From the NCBI RefSeq assembly GCF_009914755.1, contig NC_060941.1: 64,000 nt of DNA; one strand, written 5' to 3'. Numbering within the stretch: position 1 is the stretch's first letter; every line of letters starts with the position of its first letter. Source of the stretch: the human T2T-CHM13v2.0 reference genome, Homo sapiens. Of the stretch, positions 51,967 through 64,000 are shown one piece after another. The position numbers and the translations under genes were made by a program. Under the pieces are notes generated by a model. The model ran no database searches. It was not told the DNA's origin and saw nothing but the letters and a program-made list of their open reading frames with translations.

Positions 51967-53089
51967 TAAAGATGGGAAATTGCTCTGAGAAAAAAATGGA
52001 CGTGCGAAATGAAATTCCCCTCCTGGGCCTCTTGCATGTTGAGTCCTTGAGGTATAACTTTTTCCTTCATACAAATCCTGCAAGAGAGATATTATTATCC
52101 TTATTTTATCAATGAGGAACTTAAAACTCAAAGATATCAAGTAACTTGCCAAGGGATTTGACTACAGTCTACTTAGCCTCCCCAAATCTTTATTTCCATT
52201 ATACTGTGCAAACTCTCAAAAGTCGTATTTCTGGGTAGCTCCTGCCTTCTTTTACCCCTCAGGATTGGAATCACAGATGCTCCACGCTTCATTGGAACCG
52301 TCCTGAGACAGACAGGAAACATGTCAGCAGTGGGTCTCAATAGGGTTAGTGCCCTCTGTTCCAGCATAGTTGGCCTAGTTCACTGGGCAGGACTCCTGTC
52401 TTAGGCACTGGATCTGAAGCTCCAGCTCTGAATTTCAGTCACCTTGGCTGGGCTTTATTATCCTACAGCATGCTCACCCAATTCCCTCTCCTGGGGGGTG
52501 GGGAGCGCTAGATCCTCCCTACTCCATCCACTAGTTACTGACTGGGTGCTGTCATGATTACAAAAATAGCCAGCCCTGAACCACCCCATATCCCTGTGAG
52601 TGTGGTTTGGAACTCCAATGTGGTTGATTTTCCACATCTCACCAACAGCTATCTGTTAGCTGCCCAGGGTGCCCATATTGGAACCCACCAGTGTAGCTGG
52701 TTTTCTCCCAGACTATGTTCTTCCTGGCCGTTCCTTCACCAGGGACAAGATTGCTAAGGTTGCAAATTGAATTCTCACACAATTACTATTGCCCTTTGAG
52801 AAATGTGTGGGGAAATGAAAGAGAGCCTAGAAAATTGAGGATAGAAAGATGTCTGCCCCACTTTTCAAAAACAATGATGGATCCCTGATACTTCAGTTAG
52901 TATAATATTTTGTAGAAGCAAATGATGTGTGAAGAGTAAAGAAATAGTAAACAGTAAGAGTTGGGAAAATTCACTATGAATAAATCATTAGAAACCAACT
53001 TTCCTTTTTAGAAAAAGTTGTCTTACTGGTAAGATTTTGTCATGTTAGAGATACAATTTGAAAATAGACACATATTTCAAAACAAGTTA

Positions 53090-53389
<300 letters not shown>

Positions 53390-54689
53390 CTATGCACTGA
53401 TTTGACCAGTAATGTTATCTATGACTTAAAAGAAACTTAAAAAAAAATCTTATTGATGTCAGGATTCAAAATAATTTATCCTGGAACTATAACAAAAATT
53501 AAGAAAATGAAATTTAGTTAGCAAAAATGAAATGTCTTAAACCTACTTAAAACAATCAACCACAAGAAGGAGTAACCAGTGGTTGATAACAAAAAACTCA
53601 GGGATTCTGGTGACTACAAGTGAAGTATGAGTGAGCAAGGTGATGTGGTTACTTAGAAAATACTGCAACTGAGGGTTCTGACATTCACAGTGGCAGAGTA
53701 AGAACCTCTGCAAAATCTGTTTCTCCATAAAAGCAATGAGACATTGGCCAAAAATTGTTATAATCAACTTCTCAGAACTCTGGAAATTAACCAAAGATTT
53801 GCAACAATACAAGGAGTAATTATTCAGGGAAAATGATTGAATCTCAATAAGAACAAAGAGCCCTGTGGCATTTTAACTTGTCCTACTCCCATCCCCCTCT
53901 CCTCAGCATCACAAGAGCCTTGAAAACCAGCAGCCTCACAACCATGGTAGTGGTGAAAATCAGCATCCTAGCAGCCACTAGAGAAAGCAGAACATGTTTG
54001 GAGCACCCTAAAAGCCTCATCTTTAGAGAATTGTCACTATTTGACCTGTCTGGTAACTCCCTGGAAACCTCTACTCTCAGAGCTTGTCTTTATGTAACCA
54101 GACTCAGAGCTGGCTCAATGTAAATGGCCTGGAACGTTTGTTGAAATCAACAATCACCGGTAATTGTTAAACATTACATCTGCCTGAAGCAGAGAAAACA
54201 TTTGGGAAAAACAAGAGGCTGACAGAAGTCTTTAAAGGAAAACCTGACACATAAACTGCCCACAAAGGACTTTTAAAAGTTCCAGGGTATTTCTGGGAAT
54301 CTAGAAGGCCATACACATGTTCAGGTTTATGCCCAGGAAAGATCTGAGAAGGCCCTAATCTCTTGCCTTTGGTGGACCTTGAGGCTTTGCAGAAATAGGA
54401 AGTGAAGGCTAAGACAGCATTATAGACTGCCTGCCAGAGCACTGAATACACATTGCAACACATAGAGAGAGCCCTTTGGCAAAAGCTAAGAAACTTATTA
54501 ATGCCAGGCACTTAGGGAAATTTGTGTCCAATCATTACTAGCCACTAAACTAACTAAGTGGAGACTTCACAGAGTTAATTTATAAAAGTCACGATATAAG
54601 CAAACAATACAACAACAAAAACAAACAGCAACAATAACAAGCTCTGGAGAAGAAAGGAATCTGATTTCCAGGGTTGCCACATTATATCA

Positions 54690-55205
<516 letters not shown>

Positions 55206-55807
55206 AAAGTATTATTTTAAATGAGAACATGCTTCACCAAATGTAGAATATTAATAAAGCTATAGAATTTATAAGAAGGTAATAAAATAGAGGCTCTAGA
55301 GTTGAAAAGTACAATAGCTGAAATGAGAAATTCAATGGCAGACTTGAGTGAGCGGAAAGAACGAATCAATGAATTTGAAGATGGGCTGCTTGCAATTATC
55401 CAGTCTGAGAACAGAAAGTAAAAGAATTGAGAAAAACAAAGCTTCAGAGACCTGTGAGACACCATCAAGCTCACCAACATACACATAATGATAGTTCCAG
55501 AAGAAACAAGAGAAAAAGGGGGAAGAAAGAATATCTGAGGAAATAATGGCCAAAAACTTCCCAGATTTGATGAAAAACATTTATCTGCACATCTAGGAAG
55601 CTCAATAAACTCTAAGTAGGATAAATGTAAGAGAGCTACACCTAGACACATTAAAATCAAACTGTCAAATGCCAAAGACGGAGAATCTTGAAAGCAGCAA
55701 AAGAGAAGCAACTCATTATGTACAAGTGATCTTCAATAATATTAACAACTGATTTCTCATCAGGAACCATGGAGGCCTTATTCAGAGTACAGAAAGAAAA
55801 AGAGGCC

Positions 55808-56063
55808 TCAAGAGGATTGTTTGAGGCCAGGAGCTCAAGACTAGCCTGGAAAACATAGTGAGGCCCTATGTCTATTCTTCTTTTTTTAATTAGCCAGGGG
55901 TGGTGATGCATGCCCATAGTCCTAAGCTACTTGGGAAACTGGGGCAGGAGAATCACTTCAGCCCAGGAAGTGATTCAAGTTTACAAGGAGCTATGATCAT
56001 GATGCTGCACTCCAGCCTTGGCAATGACGTGAAATCCTGTCTCTTAAAAAAAAAAAAAAAAAA
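55808..56063 (+). mobile_element. Degenerate AluJ
   Basis: GAGGATTGTTTGAGGCCAGGAG...TGCACTCCAGCC + poly-A. Confidence 0.85.
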
Positions 56064-58183
56064 TGAATTCTGTATTCACCAAAAACACTATCCTTCAAAA
56101 ATAAACGAGAAAACCACACATTGACAGGTTTTTCAAAAAAAAAAAAAAAAAAAGAATGTATTACCAGCAGACCTGCCCTGTAAGAAATACTACCAAGAGT
56201 CCTTCAGGCTGACAGGAAAGAAGACTTGCTCAAATACTCATGAAGAAAAAATAAGGAACATGAGTAAAAGTAACTACATAGATAAATATAAAATGTAGTA
56301 TGAATGTACTTTTGTTTGTAATTCTTTTCTTTTTCTATGTGATTTATAAGACATCTCTATAAAACAATGACTATAAAACTGTGTTGATGGATTTATAATG
56401 TATAATTATAACAGTAATAGCACAAAGGAGGGGGGAGAAAATGGAGATCTGTAGACACAGTTTTTTGTATACTATTGAAATTAAATTGGGATTAATCCAA
56501 ATTAGATTGTTAAAAATTAAAGTGTTGAATGTAATCTCCAGAGCAGCCACTAAGAAAATAACTAAAAATATATATAGTATAAGACATGACATGGGAAATA
56601 TAAATGGTACACTAGAAAATATCTGTGTAACACAAAACAAGGCAACAATTGAAGAACAGAAAAATAAAAAAGATAGGCTGTATAGAAAACAAATAGCAAA
56701 ATGGCCTAAGTAAATTCTACCTTATCAGTAATTATATTAAATATAAGTAGATTAAACACTCCAATCAAAAGGCAGAGATTGGCAGAATGAATTTAAAAAA
56801 ACTAAAAATCACAGGATCCAACTACATGCTGTCTGCAAGAGGCAAACTGCAGATTCAAAGACATAAACAAATTGAAAGTAAAAAGATAGAAAAAGATATA
56901 TCATGCACACCCAAAGTGCTCAGGTTACAGATGTGAGCCACCATACCCGGTTGGAAAGAAAAACTTTAGCTGGTCTGATAGGGGTCAAAAATATTTTTGA
57001 AAGGGCTTCTATAAAAAGAAGTGCAATTTTATCTAGCTCTCAAAGATGGAGATAGGTAGTACCCGTGGGTACAAGTGACAGGGAGACACATTTTGGCTTA
57101 ATATGTGATTGCCTATAAATGAAAGAGGTGCCTGCTCTTGGGATTGTGCAAAAGGTTCTCTATCAGAGATACCCTAGATAGAAACTGGATGAGGAGGGTA
57201 GATTACAGGATACAAAGTCAACACTTTTCTGCAAGTCACTGAGCAGAAATGGTATTTAACTACACAGCTATCTTTCCTCTCCTGCAGTTCTTTTTTTTCT
57301 GAATGAGGGAAGAATGACCTTGATAATGGTTATTTTTATTTCTTTTTTTCTTCATTATTTTTAGCTAGTAATTTTACCATTTAGGGTCCAATTATAGACC
57401 TTAGAAACCACTGCAGACGGTTTTAAAAACTAAGAAATTATTCCCAGGTATTAAATGAATTACTAATGGTTGGGAAGGTCCAAGGATCAGGTTCCTAGTT
57501 AAGTTTCTAAGAACAGCTCCCAGCCCCTAAGATCACTCTGCTTAGGAGAGCTGCTGATGTTACTGCCAGAAACCAAATCAGGAAGCTGCTAACTATAGAG
57601 CCACATCACTGCCATAACTTCTTGAAAGAAGACTTAGTGCAGGAGATTCTTAGCTGGACCTTGGTGAATTGGTAAGATTTGTGTGACATTAGACAGTCAA
57701 ACTGTCTGAACCTTAGTTTGCTTATCTGGAATATTGGGATAATTTTACCTGCCATAACTACTTTATGAAGTTTCTATGCAGATTCAATGAGATAAAGTAT
57801 GAAAGTGCTTTGAAATCAGTTAATCTCTCTCTGTATTTTTTTCTATTATTCAGTACCTGATAGACAGTAATCACCCAATAAATATTTGCTGAATTTAATG
57901 GAATAAAGTGTAATCCTCAAACTAAGATATTGACCTGAGAATGTACAATAATGCTGTGTACAAAAGGCTTCCTAACTGCATTCAAGTTGGTAGATGTCTA
58001 TTGACTAGAAATGTGAAATAGGATAGGATTGTTAGAGGGGCCTCAAATATGGATGGTCTGGAAAACAGGCAAAGAAGCTTAGAATCCATAAATACCAAGC
58101 ATAAGAGCTTTGGAGTCAGACAGATGTCAGTTTAAGCCCTGGCTCTGCCACTTCCTAGTTAGCTATTTAATCCCAGGCAAGTA

Positions 58184-58214
<31 letters not shown>

Positions 58215-58224
58215 CACGCGTGCA
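58184..58224 (+). repeat. (TG)n / alternating R-Y microsatellite
   Basis: Direct reading. Confidence 0.95.
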
Positions 58225-59020
58225 GGTGTGTATAAACATACATATATGTATTTCAAACTGATATATATAATCAGTTGCTAGATGCTCTTCATTCTTTCTT
58301 TTTCTCATTTTCACAAAAGCTAAAAAATCCTAACAACACAGTGGCTTCCCAGGTCCATGAGAAGACTGGGTTATTTCCAGGAGGGGAGAGGCAAATATGA
58401 ATTATAACTAAAGACAAGAAACACGATTAATGCCACAAATTGGGCTCAGACCCTGATCCTAGACTAGCATGAAGCAATGGACAGAATGAGAAGAAAAACA
58501 GGAGAAATACTGCAAAGAAGGATGCAAAGTGAAAAGGATGCAGCTGTGACTGAGCCGAGCGTGCCCTGAGGCAGCTGGGGTGAAGGCGTTGGATCATCCT
58601 TCTGCCTCATTTTCTCCATCCTCACAACCATCCTTTATCCTGGGTCTTCATCCATTCACCTTACTGTTTGAACCATTAGAGTGGGTTTCAAACTGTATTA
58701 CACAGAGATGCACCCAAGATTCTTCCAACATTCTATTCCGTTTTCAAAAACTACCATTTTCTGGACTGTTAGAAGGTGAGAAAGCAGCTTAGTAGATGGA
58801 GACCCAGGCTTGCTACTCTTGTTTCAGCCAGAACAACAGCTTCATTTTTATTTCTGTTAACTATTGTGATTTCTCTTAAAATTTAATTATATTAGGAATT
58901 TCTGCTTTAATAGTGTTTGACTTCACATCAATCTGTTTCAACATTGCCATGGGCATCCCTGGCCTTTGACGCTCTTCTTTCCTGCACTCCACTCTAAATA
59001 AATCGAGCTAAATTCATTCT

Positions 59021-59341
59021 GGCTGGCCGCAGTGGCTCATACCTGTAATCCTAGCACTTTGGGAGGCCGAGGCAGGTGGATCACTTGAGGTCAGGAGTTC
59101 GAGACCAGCTTAGTCAACGTGGCAAAACCCCGTCTCTACTAAAAATGTAAAAATTAGCCAGGTGTGGTGGTGTGTTCCTGTAATGCCAGCTATTCAGGTG
59201 GCTGAGGCAGAAGAATTTATCGAACCTGGGAGACAGGTTGCTGTGAGCTGAGATCGCAGGACTGCACTCCAGCCTGGGTGACAGAGTGAGACCTTGTCTC
59301 AAAAAAAAATAAAATAAAATAAAAATCAATCAATCAATCAT
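59021..59341 (+). mobile_element. AluS
   Basis: Both arms; exact 14-bp TSD GCTAAATTCATTCT. Confidence 0.94.
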
Positions 59342-59909
59342 GCTAAATTCATTCTTCATTAAGTTGTCCTCTCCCTGCTCCAGATTGTCTGTTGACTTTT
59401 TATCATCCTCTGGACATGGGCTAAATCCTCAGCCAAGCCTCTGGGGAACTCTTCAATAAAAACAAAAGGAATGGCATAATGATGCCTTAAGCTATTGAGA
59501 ATCCTTAGCACATGGCAGACACTCAATAAGTAAATGCCAACTTACTACAGTTGATTGCTCCTTAAGGGAGCCTTTGAATCCCCTCAACTCATGGAACAGT
59601 GCCTTGTACACAGGAAAGTACCTTGCAAATCAAGAGACACTCCCCCTTTCACAGCATAGTTCCTTTTGCTTAGCTAAGCTTCCAAGTTGGGGAAATGGCT
59701 TGGTGATGTTTAGGAAGGATCCTGAATTTCCATCTTCTGTAGGAAATGGTATGGCAATGTTTATAACATGCCTTCAACCTCTTTCTTTTGTTTTCTGGGA
59801 AAATACCTACCTCTGGCTGGCTTACAAATGTAAACGTGAGCCTACAAATGTAACTGCTAGAGCGACCTAACTGAATCCCTCTAGTCCTTCATCATTATAC
59901 ATGGTTCTT

Positions 59910-59925
59910 GGTGCCCCCTTGTGGC
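59910..59925 (-). promoter_or_regulatory. CTCF-like motif
   Basis: Reverse complement GCCACAAGGGGGCACC, a close match to the CTCF core. Confidence 0.6.
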
Positions 59926-60214
59926 AATCTGTCATCATGCAGGGTTACCAAGATGAACATGACAGCCATCCTTTAGGGGATGCCTAACTCTGAGACAAAT
60001 ACCATGCTAGGCATTTTCAATGGATTAGCTCATTTACTCTCACCACAATCCCCTGAGGTAGCTACTATTAGTTTAATAACATGTGCTAAGTAACACAGCT
60101 AACAAGTGGCAGACTAGAGACTTGAATTCAGGCTGGTTACACTGGAGCTTGTGCTTTTCACTTCTATATTAGGTGCAAAGAGATATTATGGTGAATATAT
60201 AAAGAGGAATTAAG

Positions 60215-62284
<2,070 letters not shown>

Positions 62285-62286
62285 TA

Positions 62287-63955
<1,669 letters not shown>

Positions 63956-64000
63956 TGTGGTAAAAATATCTCATCAAATACAGAAGATCAGTAAAGAGAA

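Noticed and set aside
55217-55711. 164-aa hydrophobic minus-strand ORF
   Set aside because: Antisense reading of the A-rich L1 ORF1 relic.

Overview
Human (primate) genomic DNA containing the 3' half of HLF (hepatic leukemia factor, a PAR-bZIP transcription factor) on the + strand. The window covers the distal part of the long intron 2 (1-18221), coding exon 3 (18222-18442, PAR domain), intron 3 (18443-23659), and exon 4 (bZIP coding 23660-23875), followed by a ~4.2 kb repeat-poor 3' UTR. The UTR has proximal (~26.2-26.5 kb) and distal (~28.05/28.16 kb) AATAAA signals. The remaining ~36 kb is repeat-rich intergenic DNA: about 20 Alus across the whole window, L1/L2/MIR relics, MaLR and ERV1 solo LTRs with intact TSDs, MADE1 elements and a near full-length Hsmar2 mariner. 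No second protein-coding gene is supported; most ORF-track entries are Alu-derived, low-complexity or antisense shadows. I found no evidence for a genuinely new biological system. The best leads are regulatory hypotheses: alternative polyadenylation gating miRNA sites, atypical splice sites around exons 3/4, inverted Alus flanking exon 3, PAR-bZIP/CRE motifs and CTCF-like sites. Repeat subfamily calls are from recall of consensus sequences, not database searches, and boundaries of old repeats are approximate.
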